Source: Candidatus Bathyarchaeia archaeon
GTDB lineage: Archaea; Thermoproteota; Bathyarchaeia; Bathyarchaeales; Bathycorpusculaceae
Length of the DNA stretch: 64,000 nt
Assembly (NCBI GenBank): GCA_049515895.1
Contig: JBEKTQ010000001.1
Span: forward strand, 162,535-226,534
Reading direction: 5' to 3'
Shown here: positions 39,074 through 47,769 of the stretch, piece after piece
How positions within the stretch are numbered: position 1 is the stretch's first letter
How the letters are laid out: every line of letters begins with the position of its first letter
Made by a program: the position numbers and the translations under genes
The notes under the pieces: model-generated
Seen by the model: only the letters and a program-made list of their open reading frames with translations
What the model was told of the DNA's origin: nothing
The model's database searches: none

Positions 39074-39664
39074 GTGGGGGATCCAAAGAAGCAGCGTAAA
39101 AAGTTTGATACGCCCAGGTTTCGCTGGCGCAAAGACATCCTTCAAGAAGAACTCAAACTTTTGGGTCAATATGGCCTACGTAACAAGCATGAACTTTGGC
39201 GCTTCAAGACAACCTTGTCTAAGACCAGAGGCATCGCCCGTTCACTCATCAGCAAAACTCCTGAAGAACGAGCAAAAATGGAAAATGAGTTGCTAACAAA
39301 ACTCAAGAAAGTCGGCATCCTTCAAGAAACTGCTGTTTTGGACAACGTGCTCGACTTAAGTATAGAAGACATTTTGGAGCGTAGGCTTCAAACAATCGTT
39401 TTCCGGAAGGGTTTAGCAAGAACAGTTTTCCAGTCACGTCAATTAATCACTCATGGGCACGTAACTGTTGACAATCGCAGGGTAACAATTCCAGGGTACA
39501 TGGTCGCAAAGTTAGATGAGCCCAAAGTTATCTATTCACCTGAAAGCGCTGTCGCAAACCAAGCCCACCCATTACGAGCCGGTTTATCAGTCGTAGCTAA
39601 ACAGCCTGAAATTAGGCAACCTAGCAGAGGAAGAAGAGGCGGAAGAGGAGGCGGCAGATTCTGA
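39074..39664 (+). CDS. rps4: 30S ribosomal protein S4
   Basis: [37 protein letters not shown]. Confidence 0.97.
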   Translation: MGDPKKQRKKFDTPRFRWRKDILQEELKLLGQYGLRNKHELWRFKTTLSKTRGIARSLISKTPEERAKMENELLTKLKKVGILQETAVLDNVLDLSIEDILERRLQTIVFRKGLARTVFQSRQLITHGHVTVDNRRVTIPGYMVAKLDEPKVIYSPESAVANQAHPLRAGLSVVAKQPEIRQPSRGRRGGRGGGRF

Positions 39665-40065
39665 GCGCCAACAGCAAAAGAAACGAAAAATGGGCCATCG
39701 TCCACATCTTCAGCTCGTATAATAATACTTTGATTCACATTACTGACCTTTCAGGTGCAGAAACAATCGCCCGAACGAGCGGAGGTATGTTCGTTAAAGC
39801 AGACCGCATGGAATCATCACCTTATGCGGCCATGCGAGCGGCAACCGGCGCGGCTGAAGTAGCCCGAGACAAAGGGATAACAGCAATTCACATAAAAGTT
39901 AGAGCTCCCGGCGGTAGTGGACCAAGAACTCCAGGTCCAGGCGCCCAAGCAGCCATACGTGCCTTGGCGAGATTTGGATTCCGTATTGAACGCATTGAAG
40001 AAGTTACACCAATTCCTCACGATGGCACCAGAAGGCCTGGCGGCAGAAGAGGAAGAAGAGTCTAA
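39661..40065 (+). CDS. rps11: 30S ribosomal protein S11 (CTG start overlapping rps4 stop)
   Basis: [53 protein letters not shown]. Confidence 0.96.
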   Translation: MSANSKRNEKWAIVHIFSSYNNTLIHITDLSGAETIARTSGGMFVKADRMESSPYAAMRAATGAAEVARDKGITAIHIKVRAPGGSGPRTPGPGAQAAIRALARFGFRIERIEEVTPIPHDGTRRPGGRRGRRV

Positions 40066-40156
40066 ACTCAGTTTCCCTTCTTTATTAACAGAAAAATTGA
40101 AATAATGCACCTATATCTCTATTGAACGCAAAACCTCTTACAGTAATCTTATTGGA

Positions 40157-40984
40157 GTGTCTCAGCACGTGAAAATGGAAATCCTTGAAAAGAACGATAA
40201 CAATCTCCGCATAATCATCAAGGATGCAGACGTTCCGTTAGTAAACGCTCTGCGCCGTATAGCGCTTGCTGAAGTGCCGACCATGGCAATCGAAGAAGTT
40301 GTCATGATTGAGAATAGCTCCATACTGCAGGACGAGATAATCGCCCACAGGTTGGGTCTCACTCCGCTGAAAACTGACTTGGATGCCTATAACCTTCCTG
40401 AAGAATGTGAATGCCAAAGTGAATTCGGTTGTCCGCAATGTCGAGTAACCCTCACGATTGACGCTGAAGCGAAGGAAGGAACAAGAACGGTTTATTCAGG
40501 CGAAATTGTATCTGAAAACCCTGAAATTATACCTGTGTCAGACAAAATCCCTATAATCAAACTCGCAAAAAACCAGAAACTGAAACTTGAGGCCTACGCT
40601 CGTTTGGGAAGAGGCAAGACCCATGCGAAGTGGCAGCCAGTTTCAATGTGCGCTTACAAGTATTACCCAAAGATAACTGTTCCAGTAGAAAAATGCGAAG
40701 AATGTTCAAAATGCGTTGATATCTGCCCCAACAAAGTCCTGGCTTTTAAAGAGGAAAAAGTCGACGTGCGAGACCTCTTAGCATGCAACCTCTGTATGGA
40801 CTGCGTTGAAGCTTGCCCAAAAAAGCCTTCACCTCTCACAGTTGAATGGGAAAAGAACGCTTTTATTATGAACCTCGAGTCAACTGGTGCGCTTCCACCC
40901 GGACGTATCCTACAAGAAGCTACCAAAGTGCTAGGCAAACAACTTGATGAAATTGAAGAATTGTTAAAGGCTGAATTGCAATGA
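40157..40984 (+). CDS. rpoD: RNA polymerase subunit D/Rpo3 with ferredoxin-like insert
   Basis: NALRR...EVPTMAI, DEIIAHRLGL, HAKWQP; CxxCxxCxxxCP x2. Confidence 0.95.
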   Translation: MSQHVKMEILEKNDNNLRIIIKDADVPLVNALRRIALAEVPTMAIEEVVMIENSSILQDEIIAHRLGLTPLKTDLDAYNLPEECECQSEFGCPQCRVTLTIDAEAKEGTRTVYSGEIVSENPEIIPVSDKIPIIKLAKNQKLKLEAYARLGRGKTHAKWQPVSMCAYKYYPKITVPVEKCEECSKCVDICPNKVLAFKEEKVDVRDLLACNLCMDCVEACPKKPSPLTVEWEKNAFIMNLESTGALPPGRILQEATKVLGKQLDEIEELLKAELQ

Positions 40985-41343
40985 AAGAGTCAAAATCAAC
41001 CAATCCTGAATTAATCCAGCTTATAAGTTTGCTCAAAAAGGAGAGCAGAGAAAAGCAAGCAGGCATCTGGCTAGACTTGGCTGAATACCTTTCCAAGACA
41101 CGCAGTCAGCGAATCTCTGTTAACCTGAGCACAATAAACAGGAACACAAAGCGCGCAGACACAGTGGTCGTTCCAGGCAAAATCTTAGGTTCAGGCAGCA
41201 TAAACCACGCTTTGACTGTCGCATCGTTTGCTGCTTCTGAAAAAGCCAAAGCAAAACTTGTTGCTGCAAAAGCAAAATGGATTTCAATTCCTGAGCTCTT
41301 GGAGAAGAATCCTAAAGGCTCAAAAATCAGAATTATTCGGTGA
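40981..41343 (+). CDS. rpl18e: 50S ribosomal protein L18e
   Basis: STNP, VNLSTINR, VVPGKILGSG, NPKGSKIRII. Confidence 0.95.
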   Translation: MKESKSTNPELIQLISLLKKESREKQAGIWLDLAEYLSKTRSQRISVNLSTINRNTKRADTVVVPGKILGSGSINHALTVASFAASEKAKAKLVAAKAKWISIPELLEKNPKGSKIRIIR

Positions 41344-41792
41344 AAAACATGCAAACCACGAAAGCTCCAGTTACCCTCGTTGACGCTGAAGGATTAATAG
41401 TTGGCAGATTGTGCAGTAAAGTTGCCAAACGACTTCTAAACGGGGAAGAAGTAATCATTCTTAACGCTGAAAAAGCGGTGTTTTCTGGTAAAAAGAAGAG
41501 CAAAGTTGCAGAGGCCAAACAGTTTCTCGAGGTAGGTGCTCCTGAGCGCGGTCCATTCCATTATCGGAGACCCGACAAGTATCTGCGAAAAACCGTGCGA
41601 GGCATGGTTCCATTCAAGCAGCCTAAAGGCAAAAGCGCCTATAAACGACTCAAAGTTTTCATGGGCATACCCATGGAGCTTAAAGGTAAAGAAATGATAA
41701 CGTTCACGGAAGCCTCATCTGCCAATCTGAAAGGGCCGCATTTCACCCTTGCAGAACTGGCAAAAGAAATAGGCTGGAGTAAAGGTGAATAG
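41340..41792 (+). CDS. rpl13: 50S ribosomal protein L13
   Basis: VDAEGLIVGRL, GPFHYRRPD...VRGM, RLKVFMGIP. Confidence 0.96.
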   Translation: MKNMQTTKAPVTLVDAEGLIVGRLCSKVAKRLLNGEEVIILNAEKAVFSGKKKSKVAEAKQFLEVGAPERGPFHYRRPDKYLRKTVRGMVPFKQPKGKSAYKRLKVFMGIPMELKGKEMITFTEASSANLKGPHFTLAELAKEIGWSKGE

Positions 41793-41794
41793 TT

Positions 41795-42205
41795 ATGCCA
41801 GCGAAGAAAGTTTTAGTAGTCAGTGGAAAAAGAAAAACCGCAGTGGCCCGAGCAGTAGTTAAACAAGGCAATGGGAAAGTGCGGATAAACAAGACACCGG
41901 TTGAAATTTACGAACCCGACATCGCAAAAGCAAAAATCATGGAGCCATTACTGCAGGCGGGCCGAGAAGTCTGGGAACAACTAGATATGGATATCCAAAC
42001 CAGCGGAGGAGGCTACATGGGTCAAGCAGAAGCAGCGCGCGTTGCAGTCGCAAACGCACTTTTGAAATGGACAAAAAGCACTCACCTGCGTACTGTGTTC
42101 AGCGAATACGACCGCACTATGATTGTAGGTGACAGCAGGGCTAAGGAAACCAAAAAGTTCGGTGGAGCCGGCGCACGATCTAAAGAACAGAAGAGTTACA
42201 GGTAA
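41795..42205 (+). CDS. rps9: 30S ribosomal protein S9
   Basis: GKRKTAVARA, GGGYMGQAEA, KKFGGAGAR..QKSYR. Confidence 0.97.
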   Translation: MPAKKVLVVSGKRKTAVARAVVKQGNGKVRINKTPVEIYEPDIAKAKIMEPLLQAGREVWEQLDMDIQTSGGGYMGQAEAARVAVANALLKWTKSTHLRTVFSEYDRTMIVGDSRAKETKKFGGAGARSKEQKSYR

Positions 42206-42217
42206 GGAGAGAAAAAC

Positions 42218-42448
42218 ATGATCATTCCAGTCAGATGTTTCACCTGCGGCAAACTCGTCGGCGATCAATGGGATGAGTTCACACGCCGAATCAAAACAGG
42301 CGAAAACGCCAGCGACATTCTTGACAGCCTCGGCATAAAAAGATACTGCTGCAGACGAATGCTGCTCTCAAACGTTGAAATAATCGACGAAGTTCTGCGC
42401 TTCTACGAGGAAGCAGAGAAAAGGAAAGAGGCACGCAACTTCTACTAA
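42218..42448 (+). CDS. rpoN: RNA polymerase subunit N/Rpo10
   Basis: [21 protein letters not shown]. Confidence 0.97.
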   Translation: MIIPVRCFTCGKLVGDQWDEFTRRIKTGENASDILDSLGIKRYCCRRMLLSNVEIIDEVLRFYEEAEKRKEARNFY

Positions 42449-42555
42449 ATCCCTGTTTTAACTCCGAGCGCTAGAAGATTTTAGTCGCTGAAAGGGTTAC
42501 AGTAGCTTGCAACACGAAAATGTTAATTTTTTCTTAGAAATTTCCGACTCTTTTT

Positions 42556-43254
42556 TTATACGTGAATTATCGCATTTACTAATGCTACTATCCCAAGCAG
42601 AATCAGCACTGCCGCGCCCCCGATTGAGATCCACATCCGAAGTAACGGTGCCTTGTTAAGAAGCCAACCTGTGACGCCTCCCAGCAAAAGCATCGGGGAC
42701 AGGGCGGTTCCTAAACCGAACAGAAAAGCTAATCCAACGCTGCCAAGCGGTGTTGAAAACGGGAGGGAATAAACCAGAAGAGCCACCAATGGTGGACACA
42801 AGATTAACCCTCTGCTTAACCCCAACGTAAAAGCTTTAGAATCAAACCCAAACCTGCCCATTTTCGTCGGTGCTGCCAAGTTTTGACCGTTCAGCGTTTT
42901 CAATTCGCATGGGGACCTTGACTTCAGAATGATGCTTATGCCTATTACCATGGTCAAAATGCCAAAGGCAATGGAGGAGTAAGTCTGGAACGGGGAAGTT
43001 ACGGAGTTAGAAACGAACAGTCTGAATATACCGCTAAATAAACCAACTAAACATCCGATAAAAGAATAAGCCACTATTCGCCCACTATTAAAAATCATTG
43101 TTATGGTTACACTCTTGCGGAAACCGGCGCCAACACCTGCAATGTAGCTTGCTATATAGGGTAGACATGAGGCAGTGCAGACAGCTAATCCGTAAAGTAA
43201 TCCGCCAGCAAACGCCGCCAGAAATGGGTTAGAGACTTCGGGTATCAATGACAT
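42556..43254 (-). CDS. DsbD_2/TauE-like membrane protein
   Basis: CTASCLP, FNSGRI..Y, LGL..GL.LCPP, FGLGT. Confidence 0.8.
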   Translation of the reverse strand: MSLIPEVSNPFLAAFAGGLLYGLAVCTASCLPYIASYIAGVGAGFRKSVTITMIFNSGRIVAYSFIGCLVGLFSGIFRLFVSNSVTSPFQTYSSIAFGILTMVIGISIILKSRSPCELKTLNGQNLAAPTKMGRFGFDSKAFTLGLSRGLILCPPLVALLVYSLPFSTPLGSVGLAFLFGLGTALSPMLLLGGVTGWLLNKAPLLRMWISIGGAAVLILLGIVALVNAIIHV

Positions 43255-43583
43255 GGAGGAGCGCTCGGCAAGTTTTAACAAAGCAAATAATATGGGAAGC
43301 ATTTTTAAAGCTTACATTAGTTTGCTGCAACATCTTAATCTTGGCCTAATGAGCAGTTATTTTGTAAGCGACTTAGAAATATGACCCTTTGGCTCTTCTC
43401 TCGGTCATTTTCACAAAAAATTGCGCTCTTCATGTCAAATTGCGTAGTTCATGTCAAAAGCTGCCTGTTCCATTATGCAGAATGGTTGAAGTATCTTTCA
43501 GCAGAACCAACAATTTAGATAGAAAAGAATTCTTTTATTTGTTTAAGCAAGGAGTTTATTGCTTCAAGACTGTTAAAAACATG

Positions 43584-43591
43584 ATTTATAG
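43584..43591 (+). promoter_or_regulatory. TATA box for the candidate triple-domain ncRNA
   Basis: ATTTATAG preceded by purine-rich AAAAACATG, ~23 nt upstream of the closing-stem 5' arm. Confidence 0.5.
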
Positions 43592-43612
43592 AACCTAAGC
43601 CTATCTAACTTT

Positions 43613-43928
43613 GCAGGTTGGGAAGCACGCTTTAAATGCGATGCATCGAGACAAAGAGTGTACCAGTTAAAACAGCGGAAAACTGGTATGCGACTAAGAC
43701 TCTGTTTCGATGGGCTGAACATTGGACGCAGTGCATTGAGGCAATGAGCGTGTCAATTGAAACAGCGAAAGATTGATGCGCGGCAAAGACAAGGCTTCAA
43801 TGGGCTGAACATCACTATATGTTGCAGTGAGGCCATGAGCAGCACAGTCAAAACGGTGAAAGACTGTGCAACGACAAAGACATAGCCTCAGTGGACCGCG
43901 AACATGTTAAGGCTTAGACCCAACCTGT
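43613..43928 (+). ncRNA. Candidate structured ncRNA with three tandem pseudoknotted ~90-nt domains
   Basis: Closing stem CAGGTTGGG/CCCAACCTG; three units with covarying P1/P2 stems, 12-nt loops and loop-tail pairing; many G-U pairs on + strand. Confidence 0.8.
43642..43905 (+). repeat. Three diverged tandem repeats, period 90-91 nt
   Basis: Units start 43642, 43732, 43823; conserved TGCA.yGAG, RAAAC.G.GRAA, CWAAGAC, GAACAT. Confidence 0.9.
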
Positions 43929-44006
43929 TTAATTTTACTCAAACAAGAGATTTTGAATCTGTTACCAGCCACGTTGTTGTTTTCTCGCCGGAATGCTTGA
44001 TTTCAT

Positions 44007-44216
44007 TCATATCCTGTTGAAGTATTCTAGAGGAGCATACCAGAAAACGGTAATTGTCCTTTTGCATTCTGGATTTTCACATTTTACCTTGATTTTCATA
44101 ACATTACCATGAAAGCTATTTCGTATTGGTTTTGCTGATGAGAAGGCATTGTGAAGTTTATCCGGCGGTTCAACTTCAAAGGGTTTGTAACAATAAGGGC
44201 ATTCGAGAACAGCCAT
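44007..44216 (-). CDS. Small zinc-ribbon protein
   Basis: CPYC...CENPEC. Confidence 0.75.
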   Translation of the reverse strand: MAVLECPYCYKPFEVEPPDKLHNAFSSAKPIRNSFHGNVMKIKVKCENPECKRTITVFWYAPLEYFNRI

Positions 44217-44295
44217 AATTAACCCTCAAACTAATAATACGTAGATCAATGTTAAAAACTTCGCGATTCACCAAAGCGGGGCTCTTGGGACGAGT

Positions 44296-44958
44296 TCATT
44301 TTTGGATTATCGCTTTGGATACCTCTGAAGCGATAAGAGCTGCTCCTTCGCTGTTAGGATGTACGCCATCCACGAAGTAATCTGAATGTGTACCAAAAGC
44401 ATTGTACACGTCGATTATTGGTAGATTCATTTTGTTCGCGAGTTCCTCGATTTTTGGAATTATAACCCCGCTGAAATAGGGGACACTTAGGTCCGAACTG
44501 TTGCTGAAAATCGGCGGGGGCGTTACAATCCAGATTTGTGGCTTACTCCCAAGCTGCTGGAATGCGCTGATTAGTTTAGCGTAATCTTCTTCGAAACTTG
44601 CGTTGGATGGACGAAGCATCTCAAGATCGTCGTTAGTTCCAAGCATAATAATGACGATGCCGGGCTTGAAATCCAAGGCTTTTTGAAATTCAGACTGGTA
44701 CATGTACGGTTTCCAAGAATTAAGCATCACAGTAGATCCGTTGACCCCGAAGTTACCTACTAAGTAGCCAGGGCCAAGCAGCGATTGGAGATCAGAAGGG
44801 TACCCTGTAATCGCAGTTATGCTGTCGCCAACACACGCCACCCGAATCGGAGATGCTTTAACTGTGATGTTCGGACTTAACGGTTGAAATCTGACGACTA
44901 AAGTCGCCAATATAGCTATTGTAATCACGATTGCCGCCCACATCATTTTCTTTTTCAT
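44296..44958 (-). CDS. Secreted SGNH/GDSL esterase
   Basis: GDSIT, NFGVNG, LGTND, DGVHP. Confidence 0.92.
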   Translation of the reverse strand: MKKKMMWAAIVITIAILATLVVRFQPLSPNITVKASPIRVACVGDSITAITGYPSDLQSLLGPGYLVGNFGVNGSTVMLNSWKPYMYQSEFQKALDFKPGIVIIMLGTNDDLEMLRPSNASFEEDYAKLISAFQQLGSKPQIWIVTPPPIFSNSSDLSVPYFSGVIIPKIEELANKMNLPIIDVYNAFGTHSDYFVDGVHPNSEGAALIASEVSKAIIQK

Positions 44959-45122
44959 TTATGCTTTTCAACCGAATTCCATCTTCTTTTGTTGACTTCT
45001 TTAGCTCAGGTCGCCAACTTAAATGGAGTTAATCAAAAAATGCGGCCCTCCTTTAAAAGATATGTGTAAGTCATCAACTAACTTTGAAGAGGTTTTACCA
45101 AAAATGAGCAATTTTTAAAAGC

Positions 45123-47090
45123 ATGTCTTACAAGTTTATGGGAGGTGAGTTGATTCCCCGTTCACGATTAGCAATTACCAAGATCCAAACAGTAATTATC
45201 ATTGTAATAATGTTGATAGCGGCTGGAGATACTGTTGCTTATCTTTACGAAAATAATTATCTTGGTTCCCAACAGCCGACTCCTTCGCCTACGCCTCTCG
45301 TTCCTTCTTCGCCTCCGAAACCTACTGCTGCTCCTCCTCCAACGGCTTTGCCTGCCTCGTTTAAAGTTTCAAATTTGCTCATAAACCCGATTGAAGCTTG
45401 GCCCAACCAAACGATAACTATTTCAGTTGACGTTAGAAATGCTGGAAATGAAAATGTTAGTTATCTGTTTCCTTTCTCGGTGAACGGGGAAATCGTACAG
45501 GATGTTCTAGTTCAGCTCGCGGGAGGAGCTTCAACTAACGTGACTGCTTCGTTAAACGAGAGTAGCGTTGGAAGTTACAACTTGAATGCGGGCGGGCAAG
45601 CTAACACATTTACTGTTGTGCCGACAGGTAAGCATACTTTGAACATTATTTTAAACCAAGCAGGGACTACCTTCACTTTGGACGGGGTTTCCTACTCCAC
45701 CAGATTTTCAGGGCTGGTGTCTGTTGGACCCCACATCGTTACGGTTCCAGCTTCGGAGAAGGTTGAGAATAGTGAGTGGGGGTTGGTTACATACTCGTTT
45801 TCAGGCTGGAATGACGGATCCACAAGTCTTTCAGAAACAGTTAACGTTCAGGGTTTAACGTACGAAGTGGGAAATTTTGTAAGGACAGCGCCGACTTCGT
45901 GCCCTGAACTTTACGTTTGGAATGGAACTGGTTACAGTTATGCTGCCGATGTAAACGATGGCACAGGATGGCTAGGGTTCCTTGAATACTTTAACCCTGA
46001 TGGCTCAATGGTTTTCTCCTACAACTACCCGTATGGCTACATAAAATTGGATCCGGCTCAGCTGCAGCCTCTCAACGGGTTTTACAGCATTAATATCGCT
46101 GAAGATACAAACGAAATCTTTTATCTGGACTCGGCTAAACTGCTAGCCGTGGATCACCCCGCGGGTACGGATGTTTTCTCGACAAAAAGCACCTTTGTCT
46201 ACAACCTCGCTGGTCAAGGAACAATTTATTCCTTAAAGAATGATTATTCTACTCCCGTCTCGGCTGTAAACGGGCAGGGACAAAATGTTCTTCCGTTAAT
46301 CTCCAAATTTGACGGTGACTTTACAACTGCTAACAGGTGGACATGGAATAACTTAACGCTTAACCTTGGCAACTTAGCCGGCGCAAAGAACATAAATTTG
46401 TTAGTTGCCGCTCGCACTGAATGGCCAAGCACCAGCGCCGGAGGCGCGAACTTCTTGAGTTATGCTAGCAAACCGGGAGTGATGCCGTCGCCGCCGCCGA
46501 CAATGCAGGTGATGGCGGAAAACGGAAGCTGGGTAAACGTTCCTGAGGACCGGGAGTTTCCAATTCCCGCGACTACGGACCAGTACTTTGACGTTAACTT
46601 AACAGGCTTGTTCCCAACTAACAATTTCATGTTGAGAATAAACTATTACCAAATGATTCAGTTCGATTACATAGGAGTAAGCACTTCTACTCAGCAGGAC
46701 ATGAACTTTTACACGCTGACCCCTTCAGCAGCCGACTTATCACAGACATATGTACCGAATTCAACTTCCGCTGGAGCCTTCACAAGATATGGCGATGTCA
46801 CGTCGCTCGTGCAGTCCGCTGACGACGAATTCGTAGTTGGGCGACAAGGCGACGTAGTTTCAATCCAGTTTCCAGCAGATTTGCCTCCTGTTCCCCAAGG
46901 CTGGGTAAGAGACTATTTCGTCGTTGCAAACTGCTGGTTTAAAGGCAGCGGGTTACCGTATGTTCCGTTCACTGTTGACCCGCTTCCATTCCAAACCATG
47001 ACAAGCTTCCCATACCCGTCAAACGAAACTTATCCATACGATGCTCAACACCAAGCTTACCTGAAAACTTACAACACGCGAATAATTTAA
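45123..47090 (+). CDS. Membrane-anchored extracellular protein: Pro/Thr linker, CARDB/Ig-like domains, SCP-motif C-terminal domain (start likely TTG 45150)
   Basis: N-terminal TM, PTPSPTP linker, V.N.G Ig-like repeats, TSCPELYVWNG, FTRYGDV..L. Confidence 0.75.
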   Translation: MSYKFMGGELIPRSRLAITKIQTVIIIVIMLIAAGDTVAYLYENNYLGSQQPTPSPTPLVPSSPPKPTAAPPPTALPASFKVSNLLINPIEAWPNQTITISVDVRNAGNENVSYLFPFSVNGEIVQDVLVQLAGGASTNVTASLNESSVGSYNLNAGGQANTFTVVPTGKHTLNIILNQAGTTFTLDGVSYSTRFSGLVSVGPHIVTVPASEKVENSEWGLVTYSFSGWNDGSTSLSETVNVQGLTYEVGNFVRTAPTSCPELYVWNGTGYSYAADVNDGTGWLGFLEYFNPDGSMVFSYNYPYGYIKLDPAQLQPLNGFYSINIAEDTNEIFYLDSAKLLAVDHPAGTDVFSTKSTFVYNLAGQGTIYSLKNDYSTPVSAVNGQGQNVLPLISKFDGDFTTANRWTWNNLTLNLGNLAGAKNINLLVAARTEWPSTSAGGANFLSYASKPGVMPSPPPTMQVMAENGSWVNVPEDREFPIPATTDQYFDVNLTGLFPTNNFMLRINYYQMIQFDYIGVSTSTQQDMNFYTLTPSAADLSQTYVPNSTSAGAFTRYGDVTSLVQSADDEFVVGRQGDVVSIQFPADLPPVPQGWVRDYFVVANCWFKGSGLPYVPFTVDPLPFQTMTSFPYPSNETYPYDAQHQAYLKTYNTRII

Positions 47091-47283
47091 AACGTCTTAA
47101 ACCGCTTTTTCACGCAAACTGTAGACTGCGAGTTTTCTATCCTCATGAAAATCAATTAAGACTTTTTGAAAAATCCTTGTCAGTTTTTCGCTTTTGTTGA
47201 GTCATCAGCGGTACTCTTCGTGGATAAAGAATTATCGAACAAGCTGCAATTCAGAAATCCAAAAAAAGAAAAAAGTCAAAGCG

Positions 47284-47769
47284 TCAGAGCATTAGCCTCA
47301 TTTCGGTTGTGGGCTTGAAACCGAATCTTTCGTAAAGCGGGATCCCAGCGCCTGAAGCATGAAGGCTAATCGTTTTGTAGCCGTGCTCCCTAGACCATTC
47401 GATTGCACATTGCACAATCATTCTTGCAACCCCGGCCCGCCTGAAGCCTTCTTCCGTGTAAATTGACATTAGGTAGGGTGCCTCCAAGCATGGATTGAAA
47501 GGTCGCGGGGCATCATCTCTGAGCCAAATACAACCGCTTCCAGCTACGACCCCGGTTTGTGTTCTGGCTATAAACCCGATGAGTTTGCCTTCGGATAGTT
47601 TAGTTTTAATCCAATCGCGCGTTAAGTCTTCCATTTCTTTTGCTTTTTCGCAAAGTTCGGGACGTATATCTTTCCACATGCCTCCCCTATGCTTTACCAA
47701 GAACTCGGTGTCTTCAGGGTCTGCAAGGGAGATTTTGAACTCAGTCATTTTGTGACACCATTTATCCAT
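47284..47769 (-). CDS. GNAT acetyltransferase
   Basis: YT...FRRAGVA, LHAS..G..LYERFGF. Confidence 0.88.
   Translation of the reverse strand: MDKWCHKMTEFKISLADPEDTEFLVKHRGGMWKDIRPELCEKAKEMEDLTRDWIKTKLSEGKLIGFIARTQTGVVAGSGCIWLRDDAPRPFNPCLEAPYLMSIYTEEGFRRAGVARMIVQCAIEWSREHGYKTISLHASGAGIPLYERFGFKPTTEMRLML

Noticed and set aside
43389-43598. 69-aa ORF and the TTCATGTCAAA direct repeat pair within it
   Set aside because: No protein features, overlaps the putative ncRNA promoter, and only two short repeat copies.
43642-43905. CRISPR array or canonical H/ACA guide interpretation of the repeats
   Set aside because: Units are ~80 nt and diverged with 9-10-nt linkers, and there are no cas genes. ACA lies only 6-8 nt after P1 with no lower stem or pocket at the 14-16-nt spacing.
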